A stretch of 39,813 nucleotides of DNA from Gammaproteobacteria bacterium (GCA_012965065.1 DTSX01000112.1:23883-63695); one strand, 5' to 3'. Positions 1-10,093 are shown, counted from the first letter of the stretch. Made by a program: numbers and translations. Notes: a model not told the origin generated them from the sequence alone.

Positions 1-1736
1 CCAAACTGTTTCATTCTTTTTTTGCCTTTTTTTTGTTTTTCTAGTAATTTTTTTTTGCGAGTGACATCTCCACCATACAGTTTAGCTGTAACGTTCTTGC
101 GAAAGGGTTTCACGTTGCCTCGTGCAATTACTTTTGAGCCGATCACAGCCTGAAGTGCCACCTCAAACATCTGTCTTGGGATCAATTTGGTCAGACGTTC
201 GATGATTTTGCGACCTTGATAGTGTGCCTTATCCCTGTGGAGAATGGTGGAAAAGGCATCCACTTTTTCCCGATTGACTAAAATATCCAAACGGACCAGA
301 TTATTCTGTTGAAATCTAAGAAAACTATAATCAAAAGAGGCATAACCCTTGGAAACTGATTTTAATTGGTCAAAAAAATCAAGCACAACTTCTGCCAGTG
401 GCAGTTCGTAATCAAGGACAACCTGGCGACCTAGATATTGCAATCGTTGCTGGGACCCCCTTCTGCTTTGGCATAATTGTATGACATTGCCAATGTAGGC
501 AGGAGGGACCAAAATGGTTGCTTTGATGATCGGTTCACGAATTTCCTTTACCTGGCTCATCCCTGGCAAGGAGTCGGGATTGTCAATTCTAAGAACCTCG
601 TTACCGGTTGTTAAAACTTCGTAAACTACAGTTGGTGAGGTTGTTATCAATTTAAGACTGTATTCACGTTCCAGCCGTTCTTGAACAATTTCCATGTGCA
701 ACATCCCCAAAAAACCACATCGAAAACCAATACCCAGTGCCGAAGAATTCTCGGGTTCAAAATACAAAGATGCATCGTTCAATTTGAGTTTTTCCAATGC
801 TTCTCTAAATGCCTGAAGATCTTCCGATACAGACGGGTACAAACCAGAAAAAACCCTGGGTTGGATCGTCTTAAAACCTGACAATGCCGAAAAACTAGGG
901 TTGCTTGTGCTGGTAATGGTACCACCAACCGGAGCTCCGTAGATGTCCTTAATTCCAGCAATCACAAAACCTACTTCACCGGCAGATAAACACTCTCTGT
1001 TCTCGCTTTTAGGGGTAAAAACACCCACTGAGTTGACTGTATACTCATTACCCGTTGACATTACCGTTATTCTGTCGCCTCTGCTAAGCACACCATTCTT
1101 AATCCTTAACAACGATACAACGCCAACATACCGATCAAACCACGAATCAATAATCAGAGCTTGAAGACGGTCTTTTACATTACCGCTTGGGGCCGGAATG
1201 AATTCAACAATCTGTTTCATCAATAGTTCTATCCCCTCCCCCGTTTTGGCACTGATGAGTGTTGCATTGTTGGTATCGATACCAATGATCTCATTGATAT
1301 CCTTTATCACTTTTTCAGGATCGGCCGCAGGAAGATCGATTTTGTTGATCACAGGTAAAATCTCTAAGCCTTGTTCAATTGCACTGTAACAATTAGCAAC
1401 AGTTTGCGCTTCAACGCCTTGAGCGGCATCAACTACGAGCAAGGCGCCCTCACAAGCGGCCAATGATCTGGAAACTTCGTATGAAAAATCAACATGCCCA
1501 GGGGTATCAATAAGATTAAAGATATGCGGATCCTGATCTTTTGACGTGTACCTTAGAGCAGCGCTTTGGGCTTTAATGGTAATCCCTCTTTCCCGCTCCA
1601 AATCCATTGTGTCCAGTACTTGATTGCTCATCTCACGCTCATCCAGCCCCCCACAAAGTTGGATCAACCTATCTGCCAGGGTTGATTTGCCATGATCTAT
1701 ATGTGCAACAATTGAAAAATTCCGAATATGGTTCAT
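1..1736 (-). CDS. lepA: Translation elongation factor 4 (LepA), 3' end runs off the window
   Basis: Translated by hand because it is absent from the ORF track (no stop in the window). It starts [24 protein letters not shown] at ATG 1736, contains [22 protein letters not shown] in the same frame, and reads [29 protein letters not shown] at the window edge. Confidence 0.97.
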   Translation of the reverse strand, partial: MNHIRNFSIVAHIDHGKSTLADRLIQLCGGLDEREMSNQVLDTMDLERERGITIKAQSAALRYTSKDQDPHIFNLIDTPGHVDFSYEVSRSLAACEGALLVVDAAQGVEAQTVANCYSAIEQGLEILPVINKIDLPAADPEKVIKDINEIIGIDTNNATLISAKTGEGIELLMKQIVEFIPAPSGNVKDRLQALIIDSWFDRYVGVVSLLRIKNGVLSRGDRITVMSTGNEYTVNSVGVFTPKSENRECLSAGEVGFVIAGIKDIYGAPVGGTITSTSNPSFSALSGFKTIQPRVFSGLYPSVSEDLQAFREALEKLKLNDASLYFEPENSSALGIGFRCGFLGMLHMEIVQERLEREYSLKLITTSPTVVYEVLTTGNEVLRIDNPDSLPGMSQVKEIREPIIKATILVPPAYIGNVIQLCQSRRGSQQRLQYLGRQVVLDYELPLAEVVLDFFDQLKSVSKGYASFDYSFLRFQQNNLVRLDILVNREKVDAFSTILHRDKAHYQGRKIIERLTKLIPRQMFEVALQAVIGSKVIARGNVKPFRKNVTAKLYGGDVTRKKKLLEKQKKGKKRMKQF

Positions 1737-1999
1737 TTCAGTAGAAATCCCTCTTCTGTACCTATGATTTGAACAACGATGCTCCGATGATCTTGGTTGT
1801 CAATCTTCAATGGATTGGCGAACATTTCTATCAACACAGGATCTTGGAGCGAAAGTATTTCCTCAAAACAGGCTCTTTCAGCTTCATTGGCTTTTTGATA
1901 ATAGTTCTCAAAGTATGACAACAACAAATGATCCAACTCTTTTGTGCCTCTTCGACATCTCCATCTAATCTTAGATAATTGGATGGAGCGGGAACTCAT
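1733..1999 (-). CDS. sdhE: FAD assembly factor SdhE (YgfY/Sdh5 family), 88 aa
   Basis: Family motif [14 protein letters not shown]. Start placed at ATG 1999, which overlaps the sdhB stop (TAATG). Its TGA overlaps the lepA ATG (ATGA). Confidence 0.93.
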   Translation of the reverse strand: MSSRSIQLSKIRWRCRRGTKELDHLLLSYFENYYQKANEAERACFEEILSLQDPVLIEMFANPLKIDNQDHRSIVVQIIGTEEGFLLK

Positions 2000-2781
2000 T
2001 ATAAATCTCGGGTCGCAATCATTCTCTTGATCTCTGCGATTGCTTGACCGGGATTCAAATCTTTTGGACAGGCGAACGAGCAGTTCATTATGGTGTGACA
2101 ACGATACAATTTTGCTGAATCATTCAGTTCCTTTAGCCGCTCATCGGTTGCTTCGTCCCGACTGTCTTGCAACCAGCGATAAGCTGCCAACAATGCTGCA
2201 GGTCCCAGAAATTTATCACCATTCCACCAGTAACTTGGGCAACTGGTCGAGCAGCAAGCACAAAGAATGCAGGCAGAGGGTTGGTCAATCTTTTCTTGTT
2301 GTTCTTTGGTTTGATGGCGTTCCTTTCCTTCTGGTTGCGAAGAATTTGTTTTCAGCCATGGCTCCACAGCTGCATATTGATCGTAAAAATCAGACATATC
2401 TACGACCAAATCCTTAACCACTTTCATGTGTGGCAAAGGAAAAACCCGGACATCGCCTTTTAAATCATTGATGCTTTGCGTGCAGGCCAAGCCATTAACC
2501 CCGTTGATATTGAAAGAGCAAGATCCACAAATGCCCTCGCGGCATGAACGACGGAATGACAAAGATGGATCTGTGGTTGACTTGATCTCAATTAACGCAT
2601 CCAACACCATTGGACCACACTCATCGAGATCAATTTCGAAAGTATCAAAAGTGGGATTCTCATCGGTTGCAGGATCGTAACGGTAAACAATGAACTTTTT
2701 TGTATTGCCTGCCTTTTGAGGCAGAGTCACGGTCTTCCCTTTTTTCACTTTTGAATTCTGAGGTAAGATAAATTCTGCCAT
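1999..2781 (-). CDS. sdhB: Succinate dehydrogenase iron-sulfur subunit
   Basis: Cys motifs [27 protein letters not shown] and [12 protein letters not shown]. Confidence 0.98.
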   Translation of the reverse strand: MAEFILPQNSKVKKGKTVTLPQKAGNTKKFIVYRYDPATDENPTFDTFEIDLDECGPMVLDALIEIKSTTDPSLSFRRSCREGICGSCSFNINGVNGLACTQSINDLKGDVRVFPLPHMKVVKDLVVDMSDFYDQYAAVEPWLKTNSSQPEGKERHQTKEQQEKIDQPSACILCACCSTSCPSYWWNGDKFLGPAALLAAYRWLQDSRDEATDERLKELNDSAKLYRCHTIMNCSFACPKDLNPGQAIAEIKRMIATRDL

Positions 2782-2794
2782 CGTTCAGCTCCGA

Positions 2795-4582
2795 TTAATA
2801 CACTCTAGTTTTTAAAGGAATTGACTCAATTTCATCTGTCCTGGTATCCAGTTTCACAGGCTGAGAGTCTATTCTAGTGGTGTTGTCATCATTGAGCCAG
2901 CCGAGACTGTGTTTCAGCCAATTTTCATCGTCTCTTTCAGGAAAATCATCCCGTGCATGGGCACCTCGGGTTTCTTCGCGCTTCAGGGCACATTGCATCG
3001 TAATCATGGCCTGTCCCAGGAGATTTTCTAATTCAAATGTCTCAATCAAATCGGTGTTCCATATAAGCCCTTTATCAGAAACTGAAACAGCGTTGAAGGA
3101 CTCTAAAGTAGTTGCCAGTTTCTCAATGCCCTTCTTCAATGTTTTTTCGGTCCGAAAAACACCCGCATGATTTTGCATTATGAGTTGCATTTCATTCCTT
3201 ATTTCAGCCGTGGGTTTACCGCCATCTGCAAAACGAATTTTGTCAAATTTTGCAATAATTCTCTCAGAGGCTTCGGCAGGTAAATTAGAATGCTTTTGGT
3301 TAGCTGAAATTGTATCCGCACACTGCCTAGCTGCTGCTCTGCCGAAAATCACAAGATCAAGCAATGAATTAGAACCAAGCCGGTTGGCGCCATGAACGGA
3401 CACGGAAGCGCCCTCTCCCACTGCCATCAGCCCGGCAACAACTTCAATGTTTCCCTCTTGGTTTTTGGTAATGGCTTCAGTATCAACATTGGTTGGAATT
3501 CCTCCCATGTTGTAGTGAACGGTTGGAATAATAGGTATTGGTTCTTTGGTAACATCAACCCCTGCAAAGATTCTAGCTGTTTCTGCTATTCCTGGCAGTC
3601 TTTCATCAATCACCTTGGGATCTAAATGTTGCAAATTTAAGTTCATTTTATCTTTATTTTCACCAATCCCTCGACCCTCTAAAATCTCAATCGTGATTGA
3701 CCGACTCACCACATCTCTGGAGGCGAGATCTTTTGTATTTGGTGCGTATTTTTCCATAAAACGCTCGCCATCCGAATTGGTAAGATAACCCCCTTCTCCA
3801 CGAGCGCCTTCTGTAATTAAACACCCCACTCCATATATGCCGGTTGGGTGAAATTGAACAAATTCCATATCCTGCAAAGGGAGACCTGCTCTCAAAGCCA
3901 TTCCAGATCCGTCACCGGTGCAAGTGTGTGCTGCAGTGCAAGAAAAATAGGTTCTGCCATGCCCACCGGTGGCAAGGATCACTTTATGTGTTCTAAAACG
4001 GTGTAATTTACCGGTTGCCATTTCCAGTGCGATAAGACCTCTGCATCTGCCTTGCTCCATAATCAGTTCAAGGGCAAAAAACTCAATGAAAAATTCGGCT
4101 CTGTTTTTGATGGATTGTTGATAGAGCGTGTGCAACATGGCGTGTCCCGTTCTATCTGCAGCTGCACAAGTTCTTTGTGCTATGCCTTCGCCAAAGTGCG
4201 TTGTCATCCCTCCAAAAGCCCGTTGGTAAATTTTCCCATCAGTGGTTCTGGAAAACGGTATGCCATACCTTTCCAACTCCAAAACTGCTGAAGTCGCCTC
4301 TTTGCACATGAATGCAATCGCATCTTGATCCCCCAACCAATCCGAACCTTTTACGGTATCGTACATGTGCCAACGCCAATCATCTTCTCCCATATTACCC
4401 AGTGCTGCACTGATACCACCCTGGGCTGCAACCGTATGACTTCTTGTCGGAAATACTTTGGTAATGCAAGCGGTGGACAGTCCTGCTTCGACCAATCCTA
4501 AAGTTGCCCTCAAACCTGCACCGCCGGCACCAACGACGACAACGTCATAAGTATGATCAACCAATTCGTATTCTTTATTCAT
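2795..4582 (-). CDS. sdhA: Succinate dehydrogenase flavoprotein subunit
   Basis: GAGGAG Rossmann motif, covalent-FAD motif [22 protein letters not shown] and [11 protein letters not shown]. Confidence 0.98.
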   Translation of the reverse strand: MNKEYELVDHTYDVVVVGAGGAGLRATLGLVEAGLSTACITKVFPTRSHTVAAQGGISAALGNMGEDDWRWHMYDTVKGSDWLGDQDAIAFMCKEATSAVLELERYGIPFSRTTDGKIYQRAFGGMTTHFGEGIAQRTCAAADRTGHAMLHTLYQQSIKNRAEFFIEFFALELIMEQGRCRGLIALEMATGKLHRFRTHKVILATGGHGRTYFSCTAAHTCTGDGSGMALRAGLPLQDMEFVQFHPTGIYGVGCLITEGARGEGGYLTNSDGERFMEKYAPNTKDLASRDVVSRSITIEILEGRGIGENKDKMNLNLQHLDPKVIDERLPGIAETARIFAGVDVTKEPIPIIPTVHYNMGGIPTNVDTEAITKNQEGNIEVVAGLMAVGEGASVSVHGANRLGSNSLLDLVIFGRAAARQCADTISANQKHSNLPAEASERIIAKFDKIRFADGGKPTAEIRNEMQLIMQNHAGVFRTEKTLKKGIEKLATTLESFNAVSVSDKGLIWNTDLIETFELENLLGQAMITMQCALKREETRGAHARDDFPERDDENWLKHSLGWLNDDNTTRIDSQPVKLDTRTDEIESIPLKTRVY

Positions 4583-4606
4583 AAAAGATGCTTATCCAAC
4601 CTGCAC

Positions 4607-5017
4607 TCAAACCGGTGAAGCTCCACCACCTTTAATGATGCAACCGATGGCGACAAAAGAAATAACCACCACCATTACTCTCAGAAACCTTAAGAGATAA
4701 AGGGTGTAGGTTCTCAACCGTTCTGTAGCAACGTAATCCTCAAGCACCGTTTGTACCCCAAGTTCTGCGTGATAAATAGCATAAAGTGACAACAACAACA
4801 AAATAATAGCGTTGAGAGGATCCGAAGCCCAAGCAAAGACCTCGGGATGGTCAAAACTAGTTAAGACAAAAAGCAACTGGTAGACAAACCATAAACCAAG
4901 GATAACTATCGCTATGGATGTGATTCGTTGACTGACCCAATGTTGTCGGGCGTGTTCAAATGGTGCAAGACATAGTAATTTTAAAAACATGTGAAGGATG
5001 TTCATCGCTTTATCCAA
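4607..5017 (-). CDS. sdhD: Succinate dehydrogenase hydrophobic membrane anchor
   Basis: HW..QRITS and YHAELGVQTVLEDYV motifs, three hydrophobic segments, located between sdhC and sdhA. Exact start uncertain. Confidence 0.93.
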   Translation of the reverse strand: MDKAMNILHMFLKLLCLAPFEHARQHWVSQRITSIAIVILGLWFVYQLLFVLTSFDHPEVFAWASDPLNAIILLLLSLYAIYHAELGVQTVLEDYVATERLRTYTLYLLRFLRVMVVVISFVAIGCIIKGGGASPV

Positions 5018-5399
5018 ATCTAGTTAGCAGGCAATACCAAAATAAAGCGGTAAGAATTACCGATAAGAAAACAACCAACAAACCAGTCAACTTGACTTGG
5101 GATTCCTCAAAACCCTTGCCAATGTCCCATAGCAAATGGCGTATTCCATTTAGAAAATGATAAAAGAAAGATAAACTGACTAAAACCCAGATAATGACCA
5201 AAATATTGGTTGAAAAAAAGCTTCTAACCCCTACATACGTATCGCCTCCTAGTGCTATAGATCCTAACCATATTGCAAAATCGAATGCGGCTAAAAAAAG
5301 CACCAAGCCTGAGAGCCTGTGGAGAATTGATAAGGTGCTTGTTATCTGCCATCGATAAATACTTAAATGTGGAGATAAGGGTTGCTTTTTATCGTTCAT
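5010..5399 (-). CDS. sdhC: Succinate dehydrogenase cytochrome b556 subunit
   Basis: PLSPHLSIYRWQITSTLSILHRLSG and YHFLNGIRHLLWD motifs. Confidence 0.96.
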   Translation of the reverse strand: MNDKKQPLSPHLSIYRWQITSTLSILHRLSGLVLFLAAFDFAIWLGSIALGGDTYVGVRSFFSTNILVIIWVLVSLSFFYHFLNGIRHLLWDIGKGFEESQVKLTGLLVVFLSVILTALFWYCLLTRFG

Positions 5400-5406
5400 A
5401 TTTTTG

Positions 5407-5428
5407 TATGTACATATATATGTACATA
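5407..5428. promoter_or_regulatory. Perfect 22-bp palindrome (candidate operator) in the sdhC/ygfZ divergent region
   Basis: TATGTACATATATATGTACATA equals its own reverse complement. It lies between a minus-strand TATAAT (5436-5441) and the sdhC ATG (5399). The palindrome is seen directly; the function is inferred. Confidence 0.5.
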
Positions 5429-5490
5429 TACATGAATTATACTTAATAATATTTTTTCAAACATGTATTTTCATCCATCTAGTAATTGCA

Positions 5491-6357
5491 ATGGGACTTA
5501 TTAAGCAAACCACAAAACTTGACCATTTAGGCATAATCGAATTGCAGGGTAACGATTCAGCAGAATTCCTGCAAGGACAGATGACTCAGGATATTTATTC
5601 AATCGAAGATTCCAAAGCAGCATTAACTTCGATCCTCAACCCTCAGGGAAGAATTATCTCCACAGCCTTCATTTTTAAATGGGGGGAGTCGTTTATTTTA
5701 ATGGTCAGCAATGAGGTAAGAGATAAGCTAATTGCCTGGCTGAGTCGTTTTATTTTAAGATCCGAGGTACAAATAACACAATCGGAAGATTGTGTATTTG
5801 GGCTTAACCAAGAAAATGCCAGAAAACTATGTGTTGCATTGAATATTGACAGCAAAGACGTCAGTTTTGAATCCGATGCATCGTGTCTAAAAATCATTGA
5901 GGCTGATGACGAAAGGGCTTTTTTGGTAAGTAGATCAGAAAATTTTTTAGACAACCTCTCTATTTCTACCCTTGCAACCAAGGATTGGAAAATGGCTGAT
6001 ATAAATGCTGGTATCCCGACAATCTATAGGGAAAATATTGAGAAATTTATTCCTCAAATGGTCAATTTAGATCTAATCAATGGGATTAGTTTTAGTAAGG
6101 GATGTTATACCGGTCAAGAAATAGTTGCTAGAGTCCAACACAAAGGTAAAGTCAAACAAAGAATGTTTCACATTACTGGTAAGGCGAGTAACAAAAAAAT
6201 TGATCCAGGCACTGCCATTCTTTTTGAAGATACCAAGGTCGGTACGGTTATTGAATCTTTAGAAGACAATGGTCAAATGCATGCATTGGGAGTGATTAAA
6301 AATGATGCATCCAAAAAGAGATTGGTTGTAGACGGAACGGAGATAAAATTATATTAG
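5491..6357 (+). CDS. ygfZ: Folate-binding Fe-S cluster repair / tRNA-modifying protein YgfZ
   Basis: Signature KGCYTGQEIVAR and N-terminal GNDSAEFLQGQMTQD. ATG 5491 is preferred over the TTG at 5404, which would run through the promoter region. Confidence 0.93.
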   Translation: MGLIKQTTKLDHLGIIELQGNDSAEFLQGQMTQDIYSIEDSKAALTSILNPQGRIISTAFIFKWGESFILMVSNEVRDKLIAWLSRFILRSEVQITQSEDCVFGLNQENARKLCVALNIDSKDVSFESDASCLKIIEADDERAFLVSRSENFLDNLSISTLATKDWKMADINAGIPTIYRENIEKFIPQMVNLDLINGISFSKGCYTGQEIVARVQHKGKVKQRMFHITGKASNKKIDPGTAILFEDTKVGTVIESLEDNGQMHALGVIKNDASKKRLVVDGTEIKLY

Positions 6358-6369
6358 AAGAATGGGAGG

Positions 6370-7860
6370 TTACTTCTCCCTCATCTGTGGGAAGAACAAC
6401 ACGTCCCTAATTGATGGGCTATCCGTTAAAAACATCACCAATCTGTCAATACCAACACCTAGTCCTGCTGTAGGTGGCAATCCATACTCAAGTGCTTGGA
6501 TGTAGTCCTCATCGTAAACCATAGCTTCTTCATCGCCACTTTCCCTCTGTTGTACCTGTAAGTTAAAACGCTCGGCTTGTTCGTCTGGATCGTTTAATTC
6601 CTGAAAACCATTGGCTAATTCCCGGCCAGCAACAAAGAATTCAAAACGGTCCACAAGCCAAGGATCTTCATCGTTTCCTCGCGACAAGGGAGAAACTTCC
6701 TTCGGATAGTCTGTGATAAATGTTGGTTGGGCAAGATTGCCTTCAACTGTTTTTTCAAAGATTTCCAACAACAATTTCCCCGAGCCCTGACCCTGCTTGA
6801 CCTCAATACCAAGATCGGCACATACTTTGGTTAAATAATCCTTATCTCTCAGTAAATCGACATCTAGATTTGGGTTGTGAGCTAGAACTGAATCCTCCAA
6901 TGTCACCCTTTGGAAAGGTTTTGATACATCGTAGTCGTTGCCTTGATAACGAACGGTATCGCTTCCCTTGATCTCCAAGGCAATTTGAAAAATCATGTCT
7001 TCCAGCAAGTCCATAATATCCTCGGCGGAACAATATGCCATGTACAGTTCAAGCATCGTAAATTCAGGATTGTGTTGGGTTGAAACACCTTCATTTCTAA
7101 AACATCGGTTGATTTCAAAAATTCGGTCAAAACCCCCAACGACGAGTCGTTTCAAATACAATTCCGGTGCAATTCTGAGGTAAAAATCTCTGTCCAGGGC
7201 ATTGTGATGCGTGACAAATGGCCTCGCCACCGCTCCACCAGGAATGGGATGCATCATCGGTGTCTCCACCTCAAGGATTTTTCGATCGCTTAAATAATTT
7301 CTCATTTTGGAAATAATTTTCGATCGGGTCTTAAAAACATCCTGACTATCCTGGGACATAATTAAGTCAAGGTATCGCTGGCGGTACCTTATTTCTGTAT
7401 CGGTTAGACCATGGTATTTCTCAGGCAAGGGTCTCAAGGACTTGGTTAGCAGTTCCAACTCCATCACATTAATGGTCAGTTCGTCGGTTTTTGTTTTAAA
7501 CAAAGGTCCTTTGACCCAGATAATATCTCCGACATCCAGGGTTTTAAATTGATCGTAGGTCTCCGGGGATAATTTCGAAGAACTTAAGAATATCTGGATC
7601 TCGCCTGTACCGTCTTTTATTTTAGAGAAGCTGGATTTTCCCATGACCCTTTTGGCCATCATCCGGCCAGCAACCATGATTTCTTTATTTCTTGATTGCA
7701 GGTCTTCTCCGGTAAGAGAGGCAAATTGTTCCTGCAGATCCTGGGCATAAGCATCGATCTCCAGTCCTCTTGGGTAGTTAAAACCACCTTCCCTCAGGGA
7801 CTCCAGTTTTTTTCTCCTTTCTAGAATTAGTTTGTTTTGATCGTTGGTATTGTCAGTCAT
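6370..7860 (-). CDS. lysS: Lysine--tRNA ligase (class II)
   Basis: RYRQRYLDL, YLRIAPELYLKRLVVGG, FRNEG and GLPPTAGLGVGIDRL. Start set at ATG 7860 (MTDNTN), just downstream of prfB. Confidence 0.97.
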   Translation of the reverse strand: MTDNTNDQNKLILERRKKLESLREGGFNYPRGLEIDAYAQDLQEQFASLTGEDLQSRNKEIMVAGRMMAKRVMGKSSFSKIKDGTGEIQIFLSSSKLSPETYDQFKTLDVGDIIWVKGPLFKTKTDELTINVMELELLTKSLRPLPEKYHGLTDTEIRYRQRYLDLIMSQDSQDVFKTRSKIISKMRNYLSDRKILEVETPMMHPIPGGAVARPFVTHHNALDRDFYLRIAPELYLKRLVVGGFDRIFEINRCFRNEGVSTQHNPEFTMLELYMAYCSAEDIMDLLEDMIFQIALEIKGSDTVRYQGNDYDVSKPFQRVTLEDSVLAHNPNLDVDLLRDKDYLTKVCADLGIEVKQGQGSGKLLLEIFEKTVEGNLAQPTFITDYPKEVSPLSRGNDEDPWLVDRFEFFVAGRELANGFQELNDPDEQAERFNLQVQQRESGDEEAMVYDEDYIQALEYGLPPTAGLGVGIDRLVMFLTDSPSIRDVLFFPQMREK

Positions 7861-7879
7861 GGTGAATCCAAAATATTTT

Positions 7880-8975
7880 CTACAAACCTTGTTTGAGACT
7901 GGCTTCAAGAAATTTATTGATATCTCCGTTCAGTATAGCTTCTGGATTGCTGGATTCAATTTGGGTTCTTAAATCTTTAACCCGAGATTGATCAAGAACG
8001 TAAGACCGTATTTGACTGCCCCAGCCTATGTCTGCTTTGGTTTCCTCTAAGGCTTGAGCTTGTTCTTGTCTCTTTTGTTTTTCCAATTCAAACAACCGGG
8101 CTCGTATTTGTTTCATTGCAGTGGCCTTGTTCTTGTGTTGAGACCGGTCGTTCTGGCATTGAACAACCGTTCCCGTTGGCAAGTGGGTGATTCGAACTGC
8201 AGATTCTGTGGTGTTAACGTGTTGACCACCAGCGCCACTGGCACGATAAACATCAATACGCAGATCTGATGGATCAATCTCAACGTCAAAATCATCTTCA
8301 ATTTCAGGTGAGACAAATACTGCGGCAAATGAAGTATGCCTTCGGTTCCCAGAATCAAATGGTGATTTTCTGACCAATCTATGCACGCCGGTTTCCGTTC
8401 TCAGCCAACCGTAAGCAAATTCTCCCGCTACATGGATGGTTGCACTTTTGATTCCTGCCACTTCCCCAGGAGAGATTTCTATTAATTCAGCTGAGAAATT
8501 ATTGGACTCGCACCATTTCATATACATTCTCAGCAACATATTCGCCCAATCTTGAGCCTCAGTCCCCCCGGAACCGGCTTGGACATCGAGGAAGGAATTC
8601 GAAGTATCCATTTCATGTCTGAACATTCGTTGGATTTCCAATTGGCTGATCTCAGCATCAAATGCTTTGACATCGTTTGTCAAATCATTCAGTGTTTTTT
8701 GATCGTCCTCACTGATTGCGAGTTCCAACAGTATCGAGGCGTCCTCCAAATTACTTGAGAACGTTTCAAGTGTAGAAAGGGTTTTTTCGAGCCTCGCCCG
8801 CTCTTGATTGAGATTGCGTGTCAGTTCCCTGTTCTCCCATATATCAGGGTCGTTAAGGGTCTCCAGTATCTCATTTAGGCGTTCTGACTTTTTGTCAAAG
8901 TCAAAGGTACCCCCTAAGGGCGTTGAAGCGTTCCTTTAATTCATCAATCGCTAATTTAATCTGTGTTTCATCCAC
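7880..8975 (-). CDS. prfB: Peptide chain release factor 2 with programmed +1 frameshift (about 364 aa)
   Basis: GTG at 8975 with AGAGGA RBS (8983-8988). 24 codons end ...ALRGYL, followed by TGA at 8901-8903; the +1 frame continues DFDKKSERL into the 7880..8749 ORF, which carries the SPF and GGQ motifs. Confidence 0.97.
8900..8915 (-). promoter_or_regulatory. RF2 autoregulatory +1 frameshift signal
   Basis: Minus strand reads AGGGGG TAC CTT TGA C: an internal SD-like sequence followed by the CTT-TGA-C slippery site. Confidence 0.95.
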
Positions 8976-8994
8976 CCCAAAATCCTCTGTCTTT

Positions 8995-9666
8995 CTAATC
9001 TATTATGTCAAACTTTGCCCGCAAATCTTTGAACTGCTCAATATAATCCTCTCGCTTTCCATAAAATACCTGAGGCCCATGTTTTTCTACAGCAATTGCG
9101 ATTACAACTTGAGATACAGGCATTTGAGTTCTTTCTTCAAACATGACTGCGTATGCAGCCGACTGCATGAAGTAAGCATCAATCCAATCCACTCTCTTGG
9201 GTTTAGAACTGGTTTTAAAATCAATGACAGATAAAACACCGTCCCACTCCGCTACCAAATCGACGGTTCCACCCACTCTGAGTGCGTTGCTGTACAGAGG
9301 GGCTTCAATGGCTTTGACTGTGCCCACGTGTTTGTCTAATTCTTCTGCCAATTGATTAAACATTTCTCCAATGAGTGGCATTTCTTCCTCGAAGAGGCTG
9401 CTTTGTGAAACCAATTCATTCCGAAGGTACAATTCTGCCAGTTTGTGAACTTTAGTACCTCGGGTGGTAGCCGCCTTGGTTATTTTATTTGCCGCTTCCT
9501 CCCCCACTCTCAGGCGCCAAGCTTGAATGGCTTCCCTAGAGAGAAGTCCAGTAATGGTCGTTACGGAAGGGTAGCGATCGCCTTCAGGTGTTTCATAAAA
9601 CCGTTTGCTATTGCCAGTAACGGTCTTAAGCTGAAAGAGCTCAACTAATTCGTGTTTGAATTTCAT
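8995..9666 (-). CDS. PD-(D/E)XK superfamily exonuclease, phage/MGME1-like
   Basis: Motifs YPSVTTI, RGTKVH..E, E-x-x-L, GTVD...IDFKTS and QSAAY (RecB-like QxxxY). It has no cysteines. Confidence 0.85.
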   Translation of the reverse strand: MKFKHELVELFQLKTVTGNSKRFYETPEGDRYPSVTTITGLLSREAIQAWRLRVGEEAANKITKAATTRGTKVHKLAELYLRNELVSQSSLFEEEMPLIGEMFNQLAEELDKHVGTVKAIEAPLYSNALRVGGTVDLVAEWDGVLSVIDFKTSSKPKRVDWIDAYFMQSAAYAVMFEERTQMPVSQVVIAIAVEKHGPQVFYGKREDYIEQFKDLRAKFDIID

Positions 9667-9736
9667 TACTTACTGATTTGTTTAATCATGAATTATAATC
9701 AATCGGGAGAATACGTAATCATAAATGATTTTTTAA

Positions 9737-10093
9737 ATGAAAGAGACATATAACTCACTTATAGAATCAGTTGGTAGTGGAAAAATTCAATACCAGGGCA
9801 AGTGGTATGAAGAGAGTTTAATCATAGGTATTGATAAGATTATTTACCCATGGAAACACCCTGGTGTTGCAGATTTGGAAGTGAGTGATTTTGAGTCAGC
9901 TTTTGAAGGCAACACCGAAGTTATATTGCTAGGGACAGGAAGGAAACAAGTCTTTCCAGACACACACCTCGTCACCAAGATCCTGAAAAGAGGAGTTGGC
10001 ATTGAAGTGATGGATTCGAAAAGTGCCTGTCGAACATTCAATCTGCTTGTGTCTGAATATCGCCGACCATTGGCTATGTTGATGTTGGAGTAG
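9737..10093 (+). CDS. Mth938-like (DUF498) domain protein
   Basis: EVILLGTG, GIEVMDSKSACRTFNLLVSE motifs and 118-aa size typical of the Mth938/NDUFAF3 family. Confidence 0.9.
   Translation: MKETYNSLIESVGSGKIQYQGKWYEESLIIGIDKIIYPWKHPGVADLEVSDFESAFEGNTEVILLGTGRKQVFPDTHLVTKILKRGVGIEVMDSKSACRTFNLLVSEYRRPLAMLMLE

Noticed and set aside
10-60. Poly-T tracts as phase-variation sites
   Set aside because: They encode the conserved Lys-rich LepA C-terminus ([17 protein letters not shown]) in frame.
2000-2101. N-terminal extension of sdhE given by the ORF track
   Set aside because: It overlaps sdhB by about 100 nt. The ATG at 1999 gives a normal-length SdhE with stop-start coupling.
5404-5490. N-terminal extension of ygfZ with a MYVHIYVHIH repeat
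   Set aside because: This is the translation of the intergenic palindrome from a TTG and leaves no room for promoters.
7880-8975. prfB as a pseudogene or sequencing error
   Set aside because: The in-frame TGA sits in the canonical programmed-frameshift context.
8995-9666. Cas4 / CRISPR system or prophage
   Set aside because: The nuclease has no cysteines, so it cannot carry the Cas4 Fe-S cluster. No repeat-spacer array, cas genes, integrase or phage structural genes are present in the window.
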